This document shows, piece by piece, positions 7,974-18,328 of a stretch of 64,000 nt of DNA. The notes under the pieces were generated by a model. The model searched no databases and was not told the origin of the DNA. It was given only the letters and a program-made list of their open reading frames with translations. The stretch's first letter is position 1. Every line of letters begins with the position of its first letter. Both the position numbers and the translations under genes were made by a program. Source of the DNA: Alphaproteobacteria bacterium (GTDB lineage Bacteria > Pseudomonadota > Alphaproteobacteria > MPNO01); contig OZ219866.1 of the NCBI GenBank assembly GCA_964291675.2, forward strand, positions 1,952,001 to 2,016,000. The letters are read 5' to 3'.

Positions 7974-10900
7974 TCAGTCTTCCCCGCGCCCCTCGACGAA
8001 CATCACCAGCGCGGGCAGCACGAACAGGGTGAAGGCGCCGGCCGCGATCAGCCCGCCCAGCATGCTGACGACGAACGGCACGAGGAAGAGCAGCTCGTCG
8101 CTCCGCTCATACAGCAGGGGTGAGAGCCCGAGCACGGTGGTGAGCGTGGTGAGGAACACCGCGCGGAAGCGGTCGCGGGTCGCCGCCGAGGCGGCGGCGA
8201 TCGCCGGCAGGGCGGCGTTCTCCCGCCTTATCCTGTTGTACCGGTCGAGCAGCACCAGCGCGTCGTTGACGATGACGCCGGCCACCCCGACCATGCCGAA
8301 CAGCGATATGGCGGTCAGATCCCAGCCCAGCGCCCAATGGCCGAACACCGCGCCGGCGAAGGAGATCGGCACCCCGATCACCGCCACCAGCGGCTTCCAG
8401 TAGCTGCGCAGGAAGGCCGCCATCAGGCCGTACATCAGGATCAGCACGATCGGGACCAGCACCCCCATGGTCTGGAGCAGGGCCTGTTCGTCCCGGGCGC
8501 CGGCATCGCGCGCCACCGAGAGGCCGGGATACTTGGCGAGCAGGCCCGGAAGGAAGCCTTCCGCGACCGCCCGCCTCGCCTGGATCGCGGTGATCCGGCC
8601 GAAGTCGACATGCGCGTTCACCAGGGCCGCGCGCTTTCCGTCGATGCGGGTGAGCGTCGAGAGCGCGCGCTGCTCCACGACGCGGGCGACGGTGGACAGC
8701 GGGATCTCGTGGCCGCCCGGCAGCGCGATGCGCTCGCTGGCGAGCTCGCGCAGGCTGCGCCGCCGTTCGACCGGATAGCGGACCACGACCGCGATCTCGT
8801 CCCGGCCGCGCTGGATCCGCTGCACCGCCAGCCCGTGGAAATTGGCCCGTAGCTGCTTGCCGATCATCGCCGGCGTCAGCCCCGCCGCCTCCCCCGCCGG
8901 GGTCAGGCGAATCTCGAAATGGCGCTTGCCTGGCGCCAGGCTGTCCGATTGCGCGTAGAGGCCCGGAACCGCGCGCAGATGGGAGCCGAGCTCCCGCGCG
9001 GCGCGCCGCAGGGTTTCGGGGTCGTCATGGAGCAGCGCGTAGGCGACGCCCGGCCTGAAGCGGATTCGCGTGGTCTGAATGGAGAGCTTCTCGAGCTGCG
9101 ATACGTCGCCGACGTTCTCGCGCCACAGGCGTCCGATGACTTCGGGAGATGCCTGGCGAAGCGGCCGCTTGTGGAGGTGAATTCGCACCGATGCGAGATG
9201 GCTCCGGTTGGCGTCGTCCTGGCCGGTGCGCGACCCCGCGGCCCCGCCCAGATTGCCGACGATCAGGCTTACCGATTCGATGGATTCCCCACCGAGCTGC
9301 TCGTTGATCGCGCGCGCCGCCCGCACGAAGCGCTGTCCGACGGCGACGCTCGACTCGAACGGCGCGCCGACCGGCAGTTCGAGATCGGCCTGGATGGTGT
9401 TGCCGAAATTGGCGGTGCTGTCGAGCACGATGACCCGGACGATTTCCGCCCGCAGCAGCCAGAGGGCGGCAAGCACGAACACGACGCCGAAGAGGAATGT
9501 CAGATAGATGTGGCGTACCGACCACGACACCACCGGCACGACGATGGCGTCGCGCAAGTCTTCGATCCAGCCGCGCACCCGGTCCTGGATGTCGCGCAGG
9601 GGCGAGAGGCTCCAGCGCCCCTCATAGGACAGATGCGACGGCAGAACGCAGAACGCCTCGACGAGGGAGACCAGGAGGACGAAGAACGCGACATAGGGAA
9701 ACACCTGCACGATCTGGTAGGCGCCGGTCGTCACGAACAGCAGCGGCACGAAGGCCAGCACCGTCGTCAGCACGCCCACCGTGATCGGCCCGACCACGGC
9801 TCTCGCCCCTGAAACCGCCGCATCCAGCGCGCTCTTCCCCCTTTCCCTCTCCGTGGCGATGCTCTCGCCGACCACCACGGCGTCGTCGACGACGATCCCG
9901 ATCAGCAGGAAGAAGGCGAACAGCGTCCCCATGTTCAGGGTCAGGTCGGAGATGCCGAAGAACATCAGCGAGCCGATGAAGGAGATCGGAATCCCGAGCG
10001 CAATCCAGAACGCCACACGAAGGTCGAACACCAGCACCAGGCAGACGAAGACCAGGATGGTGCCGATCACGGCGTTTTGCAGGATCCCGCCGAACCGGTC
10101 GAGAATCCCCTCCACCCTGTCGCTCCAGACTTCGACCTCGACGCCCGCCGGCGGCGTGTATGTCGCCAGCCAGTCCCTGATGGCGTTGGAGATCCCGAAG
10201 ACCGAGTGTTCCTCGCCGGCTTCGACCCGGACGAAAACCGCCGGCTTGCCGTCGACCTCGGACAGGATGTCCTCGTCGACGAACCCGTCGCGGATGCGCG
10301 CCACGTCGCCGAGCTTGACCACCGACCCGTCGGGCCGGGCGATCAGCGGGATGTTCTTGAATTCCTCGCCGCGCGTCCGCTTGCCCACGACGTGAAGCAC
10401 CACCCCGCCGGCGCCGGTGCGCAGCTCGCCGAAAGTGAGGTTGACCGAGGATCGCCGCACCTCGCGCGCCACCTGCGCGATGGAGAGCCCGTTGCGGCGC
10501 AGCTCCTCCTCGTTCATCTCGATCGAGATTTCGCGGTCGCGCGTGCCCCTGAGGCGGACCAGCGACACCGAGGGCAGCGCCAGGAGATCGTCGCGCAGGG
10601 ACTCCGCCGCCATCCGCAAGCCGTCCTCCGACAGCGTCGAGGAGGCGACCGAGATCGTCAGCACCTCGATGGTCAGCTTCTTGAGCCCGATCTTCGGAGG
10701 CTTGGCGCTGAGCGGCGGAAAACCCTCGATGCTGTCGATCGTGTTCTTGACGTCGGCCAGAACCGCGTCGGCGTCGGCGAAGGTCTCGAGCTCCAGCTCG
10801 ATGCGGGCCAGGCCTTCCGAGGCGACGCTCACCACCCGGTCGACGCCCTCCAGCCCGACGACGCTTTCCTCGATCCGGCGATTGATGTCTTCCTCGATCT

Positions 10901-11078
10901 CCCGCGGCGACGAGCCGGGCGAAGCCAGGGTGACGACGATCGTGCGGAAATCCAGGTCCGGAACCTGCCGGACATGGATGTTGAGCCCCGCCAGCACGCC
11001 GCCCAGGATCAGGAAGAGCATCAGCAGCTTGGCGGCGACGGGATTGCCGACGAAATATGCGATCAGTCCGTTCTTCAC
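7974..11078 (-). CDS. RND efflux permease (AcrB/AcrD/AcrF family)
   Basis: 1034 aa, GIVVDDAVVVGE (TM4), RFRAVFLTTLTT. Confidence 0.93.
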   Translation of the reverse strand: MKNGLIAYFVGNPVAAKLLMLFLILGGVLAGLNIHVRQVPDLDFRTIVVTLASPGSSPREIEEDINRRIEESVVGLEGVDRVVSVASEGLARIELELETFADADAVLADVKNTIDSIEGFPPLSAKPPKIGLKKLTIEVLTISVASSTLSEDGLRMAAESLRDDLLALPSVSLVRLRGTRDREISIEMNEEELRRNGLSIAQVAREVRRSSVNLTFGELRTGAGGVVLHVVGKRTRGEEFKNIPLIARPDGSVVKLGDVARIRDGFVDEDILSEVDGKPAVFVRVEAGEEHSVFGISNAIRDWLATYTPPAGVEVEVWSDRVEGILDRFGGILQNAVIGTILVFVCLVLVFDLRVAFWIALGIPISFIGSLMFFGISDLTLNMGTLFAFFLLIGIVVDDAVVVGESIATERERGKSALDAAVSGARAVVGPITVGVLTTVLAFVPLLFVTTGAYQIVQVFPYVAFFVLLVSLVEAFCVLPSHLSYEGRWSLSPLRDIQDRVRGWIEDLRDAIVVPVVSWSVRHIYLTFLFGVVFVLAALWLLRAEIVRVIVLDSTANFGNTIQADLELPVGAPFESSVAVGQRFVRAARAINEQLGGESIESVSLIVGNLGGAAGSRTGQDDANRSHLASVRIHLHKRPLRQASPEVIGRLWRENVGDVSQLEKLSIQTTRIRFRPGVAYALLHDDPETLRRAARELGSHLRAVPGLYAQSDSLAPGKRHFEIRLTPAGEAAGLTPAMIGKQLRANFHGLAVQRIQRGRDEIAVVVRYPVERRRSLRELASERIALPGGHEIPLSTVARVVEQRALSTLTRIDGKRAALVNAHVDFGRITAIQARRAVAEGFLPGLLAKYPGLSVARDAGARDEQALLQTMGVLVPIVLILMYGLMAAFLRSYWKPLVAVIGVPISFAGAVFGHWALGWDLTAISLFGMVGVAGVIVNDALVLLDRYNRIRRENAALPAIAAASAATRDRFRAVFLTTLTTVLGLSPLLYERSDELLFLVPFVVSMLGGLIAAGAFTLFVLPALVMFVEGRGED

Positions 11079-11135
11079 GACAGCCCCCGGCTATGGCGTG
11101 TGCTGGTTGTCCGCGGTCTCGATCCGGGGACCGGC

Positions 11136-12245
11136 CTATTGCTTCGGCGACGCTTGCGCGATGTCCACCTCGACCCCTTCGGCGGCGTCCGGCAGGCTGC
11201 CCACCACCACCCCGTCGCCCGCGTCGAACGCCTCGACGATCCAGCCCGCGGCGCTGCGCCCGAGAGTGCCGGGCTTCAGCGAGTCCAGGGCGCCGTCCCT
11301 GACCAGCCAGAGCCTGTCGCCTTCCCGGGCCGCGGATTCGGGGAGCACGTAGACATTGCCGCGCTCGGGCCCGGTCACCTCGACCCGCGCGAAGCTGCCC
11401 GGGAGGGGGAGGGTCTCAGGCGGCGTATCGTCCGCGAATTCGAGGAACAGCGTCGCCAGCCGCGTGCGCGGGGCGATCACCGCCGACACCCGGGCGACGC
11501 TGGCCCGGTAGCTGCCCATGGCGGTCCTCACCAGGGCGGAGCGGCCGATGGCGGGGGCGATCGCGGCGAGGTCGCCCTGCCCGATGGGCACGCGGACCTG
11601 CAACGCGCCCGTCCGGTAGACCACCCCCAGCCGGGATTCGCGTCCCACGTCGTCGGCCGGCCCCACCAGATCGCCGATTTCGAGATCCGAAGACACCACC
11701 CGGCTCGCAAAGGGCAGCGAGATCTCGGTCCGCGCCAGCCGCAGCTCCGCCAGCGCCAGCGCGGCCCGCGCCCCGCCCAGCCGGGCTTCAGCGAGCACGC
11801 CCTCCGCGGTGTCCGGTTTTTCGATCCGCAGGGCCGCCTCCGCTTCCGCGACGGCCATGTCCGCCGCCTTGACCTCGAGCTGGTATTCGGTCGGATCGAT
11901 CCTGACGAAGACCTCGTTCGCCGGGATCGAGCCGCCGTTGCTGAATTTGGGCGACACCCAGACCACCCGGCCGACCACCTCGGCGACCACCCTGGTCTTT
12001 CTCTCCAGGGTGACCGTTCCGGTCAGCGCCAGGGTGAGGGTGTGCGCGGTCGCCGCCGGCTTGACCACGCTCACCACCGGCTTGGCCTGGGCGGGACCGG
12101 CGATCGTGCCGCGGTCCACGCGGCTCGGGGCGCGGGCGAAGTAGAGCGCGACGACGATGGCGAGCACGATCAGCGCCAGCTGGGCGAAGCCGAACCATCG
12201 CGGCCTTTCGGAAGGGCTGGCGGGGCTCGTTGAATCCTGTGGCAT
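11136..12245 (-). CDS. RND periplasmic adaptor (MFP)
   Basis: N-terminal TM anchor, lipoyl/hairpin pattern (EVVGRV...LARTEISLPF), upstream of the permease. Confidence 0.88.
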   Translation of the reverse strand: MPQDSTSPASPSERPRWFGFAQLALIVLAIVVALYFARAPSRVDRGTIAGPAQAKPVVSVVKPAATAHTLTLALTGTVTLERKTRVVAEVVGRVVWVSPKFSNGGSIPANEVFVRIDPTEYQLEVKAADMAVAEAEAALRIEKPDTAEGVLAEARLGGARAALALAELRLARTEISLPFASRVVSSDLEIGDLVGPADDVGRESRLGVVYRTGALQVRVPIGQGDLAAIAPAIGRSALVRTAMGSYRASVARVSAVIAPRTRLATLFLEFADDTPPETLPLPGSFARVEVTGPERGNVYVLPESAAREGDRLWLVRDGALDSLKPGTLGRSAAGWIVEAFDAGDGVVVGSLPDAAEGVEVDIAQASPKQ

Positions 12246-12456
12246 CAGCTTTCCCGTCTTTGTGTTGCTGCGGCGGGACGCACGACCGGCTCGCCACGCG
12301 GCGACGGCAGAACCGGACCCCTAGACTGCCTCAAATACAACGAAATTCATACGTCTCTATTGTCTCCATGGGTCGAATATTACTGACGCAAAGAACCATG
12401 CACTGTATTCGACGGCGAATCCCACGCAGCACTTGTGGAGTCCGGTTCGACCGCCG

Positions 12457-15400
12457 TCATCCGGCCGCTTGGGCCGGGCCCGGCGCGCGCCGCCGGAAGA
12501 TGCGGCGGATGTCCTCGTCGATGGCCAGAAGCGCCGGGGTGAGGACCAGCACGATCAGGGTCGCGACCGCGAGCCCGAACACGATGGTGATCGCCATCGG
12601 GATCAGGAACTGGGCCTGGAGGCTGGTCTCGAACAGGAGCGGAACCAGACCGCCGATGGTGGTCAGCGAGGTCAGCAGCACCGGGCGCAGGCGTTCCCGG
12701 CATCCCAGGACGATGGCCTCGTGCAGCGGCGTCTCGTCGTCGATATGCAGGTCGACGGTGCGGACCAGGATGATGGAGTTGTTGACCAGGATCCCGGACA
12801 GGCCGAGCAGCCCGATCATGCTGAGTATCGTCACGTCGAAGCCGAGCGCCAGGTGGCCCAGCACGGTGCCGACGAAGCCGAACGGGATGATCGCCATGAC
12901 GATCAGCGGCCGGGTGAAATTGGCGAACACCCAGGCGAGCACGATGTAAATGGCGATCAGCCCGGTGATCGCGCCGGCGCCCATGTCGCGGGCCGACTCG
13001 GCCTGTTCCTCGGCCTTGCCCTTGAACCGGTAGCTGAGGCCGTAGCGCTGCGCGATGTCGGCGAGCCCGCCCTCGGCGATCGCCGGCAGCAGGGCGCCGA
13101 GGCTGGTGACCGTCTCGTCGATCTCCCCGGTGATCGCCACCTCGCGGGCACCGTCCTCGCGGCGGAGGCGCGAGAAGCCGCGCTCCTGGCTGAGCGTCAC
13201 GACCTCGCTCAGGGGGACCTCGGCGCCGTCCGGCGCGCGCAGGAACAGGTCGAGGAACGCCGCGCTGTCGGCGCTCGCGCGCGGGTAGCGGACCTTGATC
13301 GTCACCTCCTCGTCGCCGCGCGCGAAGCGCTGGGCGATCGCGCCCTGGAACGCGTTTCTTACTTGCAGCCCGGCGCTCTGGGTGGTGAAGCCGAGCGCCT
13401 GGCCGCGCGGCGTGACCTCCAGGATCAGCTCCTGCTTGCCGTAGGGAAGGTCGTCGTCGATCGTGCTGACGCCCGGGAAGCGACTGAGCAGGCGCTTGAC
13501 CTCGGTCGCCGCCGCCTTGAGGTCGTCGGCGGAGCCGCCGCGCAGGCGGATGTCGATTTCCCGCCCCGGCGGGCCGCCCGCGCGCGCGTTGAGGTTGACC
13601 TGTTCCACGTTCGGCAGCCGGCGGATCTCGCTGCGCCATGCCTCGATGAAGTCCTCCGTGCGCAGCTTGCGCTCGTCCGACGGGACCAGCTCCACGGTCA
13701 GCCCGCCATATTGATCGCCGACGATGCGCGAGAACTGCCGGCCGCCGCTGCGCCCGACGCTGCCGAAGCTCATGGCCACCAGGTCTTCGGTGTCGGCCCC
13801 GAACCGGGCCACCGCCCGGTCCACGGCGTCCGACAGCTCCTGGACCATCGCACCGGTGTCGCGGCGCGGCGTGCCGGGCGCCATCACCACGTTGCCGACC
13901 ACCACGTCCGCCTCCGGCGAGGGGAAGAAGTGGAACCCCACCCGGCCGCCAAGCATCAGCCCGGCGGACACCAGGAAGACCGCGATCGCCATCGCCGCCG
14001 TGGCGTAGCGCCAGCGCACGCAGAGCCGGATGATCCGCTGGAACGGGCCGGCGCGGAACCAGTCGAAGCCGGCGTCGAAGCGCCGCATCGCGAAGTTGCG
14101 CCTTCCCCCGTGCTTCTTGAGCGACTCCCGCAGATGGCCGGGCAGCACCAGGAAGCACTCGACCAGGCTGGCGAGTATGACCGCGACCACGACCAGCGGG
14201 ATGGCGCCCACGATCTGGCCGATGATGCCGCCCATGGCGACCAGCGGCAGGAACGCGGCGATCGTGGTCAGCGAGGCGGCCATCACCGGCGCCAGCATGC
14301 GCAGCGCGCCCGCCTCCGCCGCCTGACGCGGGCCGAGCCCGGCCTCGCGCCGCGCCGCCGCGTGCTCGCCGACGACGATGGTGTCGTCGACGATGAGCCC
14401 GAGCGTCATGATCAGCGCGAACAGGGTGACCATGTTGATGCTCTCGCCGAGCGCCAGCATGGTCGCCAGCGCCGCCATGAACGCGGTCGGGATGCCGGCC
14501 GCCACCCAGAACGCGGTGCGGCCGTTGAGAAACACCAGCAGCACCGCGAGCACGAGGACCAACCCCGAGGCGCCGTTGTTCAGCAGAACCTGGACCCGCT
14601 GCTCGATCAGCCCCGCCTGCTCGTCGTAGCGCTCGATCTTGAGCTGCGGCGGATAGTTGCCGCGCGCCTCGACGAGGAAGCGGTCGACGATCCCGCCGAC
14701 CTTGAGGGCGTCGGCGGTCGGCGAGCGCTGCACGTGCAGCTCGATCGCCGGCCGGCCGTCGCGCAGCCCGATGGGCGCCTTGTCGTCGAACGCCTCGGAG
14801 ACGTTCGCGATGTCGCGCAGATAGATCTTCTGCCCGTCGCCGAGCGACCGGATCTCGATGCTGCCGATATCGCCCGATGTGGTGTGCAGCCCGACGCTGC
14901 GAAGCTGCTTCTCCACCGAACCTTCCAGGCTGCCCGACGGTATGTCCCGGTTGGTGGCTTCGATGCGGGCGGCCACCGCCGCCGGCGTCAGGTCGAGCTG
15001 GCGCAGCACCCGCGGCTCGATCTCGACGCGGATCTCCTCGTCGCGCGCGCCGAAGAACGTCACCCGGTCGATGCCGGCGGCCAGCAGCTGGTCGCGCATC
15101 CGCTTGGCCTGGCGTTTCAGGACGGCCTCGGAATACGGACCCGACAGGACGAGGCGGACGATCGTGTCGTAACGGATGATGCGGCGGACCACCGGCCGCT
15201 CGCTGTCCTCCGGCAGGATGGTTATCTGCTGCAGCGCCGCCTCCGCCTCCGACACCGCCGACTGCATGTCGGTGCCGGCCTGGTACTCGACGACCACCCG
15301 CCCCACGCCCTCCGTCGCATAGGAGGTCACCTTCTCGACATGGTCCAGGAACCGGATCTCGGGCTCGATCGCCGCGACGATATTGGCTTCCACGTCGCCG

Positions 15401-15576
15401 GTGCTCGCGCCCGGCCAGACCACCCGGATCGAGACGATGTCGAGGCCGAAATCGGGAAAGAACTGGGTGTTCAGCTTGGACAGCGAGTAGATGCCGGCGA
15501 CGAAGATCAGGGCCATCAACAGATTGGCGGCGTTGCGGTGCCGCACGAACAGCCGGATCAGGTTCTTTCCGAACAT
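12457..15576 (-). CDS. RND efflux permease (AcrB/AcrD/AcrF family)
   Basis: 1039 aa, GLIVDDTIVVGE, RLRPVLLTSLTT. Confidence 0.93.
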   Translation of the reverse strand: MFGKNLIRLFVRHRNAANLLMALIFVAGIYSLSKLNTQFFPDFGLDIVSIRVVWPGASTGDVEANIVAAIEPEIRFLDHVEKVTSYATEGVGRVVVEYQAGTDMQSAVSEAEAALQQITILPEDSERPVVRRIIRYDTIVRLVLSGPYSEAVLKRQAKRMRDQLLAAGIDRVTFFGARDEEIRVEIEPRVLRQLDLTPAAVAARIEATNRDIPSGSLEGSVEKQLRSVGLHTTSGDIGSIEIRSLGDGQKIYLRDIANVSEAFDDKAPIGLRDGRPAIELHVQRSPTADALKVGGIVDRFLVEARGNYPPQLKIERYDEQAGLIEQRVQVLLNNGASGLVLVLAVLLVFLNGRTAFWVAAGIPTAFMAALATMLALGESINMVTLFALIMTLGLIVDDTIVVGEHAAARREAGLGPRQAAEAGALRMLAPVMAASLTTIAAFLPLVAMGGIIGQIVGAIPLVVVAVILASLVECFLVLPGHLRESLKKHGGRRNFAMRRFDAGFDWFRAGPFQRIIRLCVRWRYATAAMAIAVFLVSAGLMLGGRVGFHFFPSPEADVVVGNVVMAPGTPRRDTGAMVQELSDAVDRAVARFGADTEDLVAMSFGSVGRSGGRQFSRIVGDQYGGLTVELVPSDERKLRTEDFIEAWRSEIRRLPNVEQVNLNARAGGPPGREIDIRLRGGSADDLKAAATEVKRLLSRFPGVSTIDDDLPYGKQELILEVTPRGQALGFTTQSAGLQVRNAFQGAIAQRFARGDEEVTIKVRYPRASADSAAFLDLFLRAPDGAEVPLSEVVTLSQERGFSRLRREDGAREVAITGEIDETVTSLGALLPAIAEGGLADIAQRYGLSYRFKGKAEEQAESARDMGAGAITGLIAIYIVLAWVFANFTRPLIVMAIIPFGFVGTVLGHLALGFDVTILSMIGLLGLSGILVNNSIILVRTVDLHIDDETPLHEAIVLGCRERLRPVLLTSLTTIGGLVPLLFETSLQAQFLIPMAITIVFGLAVATLIVLVLTPALLAIDEDIRRIFRRRAPGPAQAAG

Positions 15577-15597
15577 CGGTCCCGCGCGCCCTTGCGC

Positions 15598-16839
15598 CTA
15601 GCGGAGCTCGACCCTGAGGCCGGGCGCGATCGCCACCGACTGGGTGGTCACCAGGCGGTCGCCTTCCGACAGCTCGCCGCGCAGCAGGACGTCGTTGCCG
15701 ACCCGGGCGACGATCTCCGCCCGGCGCTGCACCAGCCGGCCGTCCTCGATGCCGTAGACGACATTCCCCGGGTGGAGGACGGTCTCCGGAACCCGCGCGA
15801 CGCCGGCATAGGTCCGGTCGGGAATGCGAACCTCGACGAAGGCGCCCGGGCGCAGCGACGAGGCCGCCTCGCGGTCCTCGATCCCGGCGAACAGCTCCAC
15901 GCCGCCGCTCGCCGTGTCGATCTGCGCGCCGACCCGCGCGACCGCCGCCTCCAGGACGAGCTCGCGCTGTCCGACCCGCCAGATCACCCGCGCGGTCCGG
16001 CCGATCACGCCCCGGCCGGTGCCGGTAAGGCGTCCGTATTGCGCGTCCGAGATGTGGAAGCGCGCCTCCAGGCTGCCCGTGTCGATCAGCTGGCCCACGC
16101 TGTCGAGCACGCCGAGACGCTGGCCCACCTGCGCGGTGACGCTCTGGAACACCCCGTCGAACGGCGCGCGCAGGCGGGTGCGCCCGAGGTCGTAGCGCGC
16201 CCGCTGCACCGCCACGTCGAGGCGCTCGATGCCCGCCTTCTCCTGCGCCAGCCGCGCCGACTCGGCGTCGATCCCGTTCTGGCGCAGCGCGATCGCGCGT
16301 TGCTGGCGGCTCAGCTCCAGCCGCTTCTTGTCCAGCGCCTGGATGGAAATATTGCCCCTGGCGCTGAGCTGTTTGGCGCGCTTCAGGTCGCGCTCCAGCA
16401 CGGCGAGGATCTCCCGGTCGCTCTTGAGCGCCTTGGTCTCGGCGCTCCGTCTCGCCTCGCGCTCGACGATGCGCGCCCTCGACTCCGCCAGCCGGGCCTC
16501 GCTCTCCTTGAGCGCGGAGCGGTATTCGAACTCGTCGATGGCGAGGATCACCTCGCCGTGGCGGACCAGCCCGCCCTCCACCAGGTTGGGATGCAGCTCG
16601 ACCACCTGACCGGTCACCAGGGCGCGCAGCTGGATCTGGCGGGCCGCGAAGATCTTCCCGAAGAGCTGGATTTCCGGCTGCACGTCGGTCAGGCGCACCG
16701 GCACCGAGTCGACCGTCCACACCCGTTCCACGGGCGGCGAGGGAGCGACCTGCGGCCTGGTCCTGATCAGGTAGGACGCCGCGACCACGCCCGCGGCCAG
16801 CAGCGCGATCGGCACCACGACCAGAAACAGCTTTCTCAT
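15598..16839 (-). CDS. RND periplasmic adaptor (MFP)
   Basis: TM anchor, long coiled coil, TRLRAPFDG. Confidence 0.9.
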   Translation of the reverse strand: MRKLFLVVVPIALLAAGVVAASYLIRTRPQVAPSPPVERVWTVDSVPVRLTDVQPEIQLFGKIFAARQIQLRALVTGQVVELHPNLVEGGLVRHGEVILAIDEFEYRSALKESEARLAESRARIVEREARRSAETKALKSDREILAVLERDLKRAKQLSARGNISIQALDKKRLELSRQQRAIALRQNGIDAESARLAQEKAGIERLDVAVQRARYDLGRTRLRAPFDGVFQSVTAQVGQRLGVLDSVGQLIDTGSLEARFHISDAQYGRLTGTGRGVIGRTARVIWRVGQRELVLEAAVARVGAQIDTASGGVELFAGIEDREAASSLRPGAFVEVRIPDRTYAGVARVPETVLHPGNVVYGIEDGRLVQRRAEIVARVGNDVLLRGELSEGDRLVTTQSVAIAPGLRVELR

Positions 16840-16910
16840 GGATCGCCCTTAGCGTCCGGACGCCAAAACCCTAGAGCATGTGCGCTTTGGATGGAACCGA
16901 TGCGGCGCTG

Positions 16911-17020
16911 CGTCCCTCGATACGGCGCTTCGCGCCTACTCGGGATGAGGAGAATATTCTTGAGGCCTACCAACCTCTCCTCATCCTGAGTAGCCCCCGA
17001 AGGGGGCGTATCGAAGGACG
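16911..17020. repeat. REP-like palindromic element (family 2)
   Basis: cgtccctcgatacg...ctactcgggatgagg / cctcatcctgagtag...cgtatcgaaggacg inverted arms; second copy at 31181-31288. Confidence 0.85.
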
Positions 17021-17046
17021 GCCTCGGCCCCGCTCCCAACCGCCGG

Positions 17047-18210
17047 TCAGTACGACCTGGGCAGGCCGAGCGCGCGCTCGGCGATGTAGCTGAGCGCGAG
17101 GTGCTGGCTGACCGGGGCGAGAAGGAGCATGACGATCTCGCGCATCAGGCGCTCGACATGGAACTCGCGCGCATAGCCCATGCCGCCATGCGTCGCCACC
17201 GCCTGCTTGCAGGCCTCGAACCCCGCCTCGACGGCGAGGAACTTGGCCGCGTTGGCCTCGATGCCGCAGGGCTCGCCCCGGTCGTACAGCCAGGCCGCCT
17301 TCATGGTGGCGAGGTGGGCCGCCTCCAGCGCCGACCAGGAGGCGGCGAGCGGGTGCTGGATCCCCTGGTTGGCGCCGATCGGCCGGCCGAACACGACGCG
17401 CTCGCCGGCATAGCGCGCGGCCCTCGCGAGCGCGTCGCGGCCGATCCCGACGGCCTCGGCGGCGACCAGGATGCGCTCCGGGTTGAGGCTCTGGAGGATG
17501 TAGCGGAACCCCTCGCCCTCGGCGCCGATCAGATCGCCTTCCGGGACCCGCATGCCGTCGAAGCGGATCTCGTTGGAATCGACGGCCTTGCGGCCCATCT
17601 TGTCGATCTCGCGTATCTCCGCCGTCGCGCGGTCGAGATCGGCGAAGAACAGGCTGAGCCCGGCGGCGGGCGCCTCGTCGCGCCGCGGCGCGGTGCGCGC
17701 GAGCAGCATGATCTTGTCCGCCACCCGGGCGGTCGAGGTCCAGATCTTGCGCCCGCGCACGACATAGCCCGCGCCGTCGCGCTCGGCCTTCGTGGCGATC
17801 CTCGTGGTGTCGAGCCCGGCATCGGGCTCGGTGACCGCGAAGCACATTTTCGACCGCCCCTCGATCAGCGGCGGCAGCCAGCGGCGCTTCTGGGCCTCGC
17901 TGCCGTGGGCGACGATCGCGTGCGGACCGAAGACGTTCATGTGGATGCTGGAGGCCGCCGCCATGGCGCCGCCCGAGGCGGCGACGCGCGTCATCATGAG
18001 CGCCGCCTCGGTCACCCCGAGCCCGGCGCCGCCATGCGCCTCGGGCAGCGCGATGCCGAGCCAGCCGCCCGCCGCCATCGCGTCGTAGAAGGCGTGCGGG
18101 AACGCCCCGTCGCGGTCGCGTTCCAGCCAGTAGGCGTCGTCGAAGACAGCGACCGTGCGGCCGACGCCGTCGACGATCGCCCGCTGGTCGTCGCTCAGCC
18201 CGAAATTCAT
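17047..18210 (-). CDS. Acyl-CoA dehydrogenase
   Basis: FAVTEPDAGLD, GRKIWTS, ERVVFGRPIG, HGGMGY. Confidence 0.92.
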   Translation of the reverse strand: MNFGLSDDQRAIVDGVGRTVAVFDDAYWLERDRDGAFPHAFYDAMAAGGWLGIALPEAHGGAGLGVTEAALMMTRVAASGGAMAAASSIHMNVFGPHAIVAHGSEAQKRRWLPPLIEGRSKMCFAVTEPDAGLDTTRIATKAERDGAGYVVRGRKIWTSTARVADKIMLLARTAPRRDEAPAAGLSLFFADLDRATAEIREIDKMGRKAVDSNEIRFDGMRVPEGDLIGAEGEGFRYILQSLNPERILVAAEAVGIGRDALARAARYAGERVVFGRPIGANQGIQHPLAASWSALEAAHLATMKAAWLYDRGEPCGIEANAAKFLAVEAGFEACKQAVATHGGMGYAREFHVERLMREIVMLLLAPVSQHLALSYIAERALGLPRSY

Positions 18211-18328
18211 CCCCGGTATCCCGTCAGCGGCGCCGCCATCGTGCCCCGCCCCCGGTGCCGGGGGAAGGCCCGGCGGGGGTTTCGCCGCCCGGGCGGCGAA
18301 AATAGAGTGCCCTTGCGGGGGGCAGTCC

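Noticed and set aside
12380-16989. Very long ORFs of 1446 and 1518 aa, and similar shadow ORFs throughout
   Set aside because: Arg/Gly/Pro-rich alternate-frame or antisense artefacts of high-GC genes overlapping well-supported CDSs
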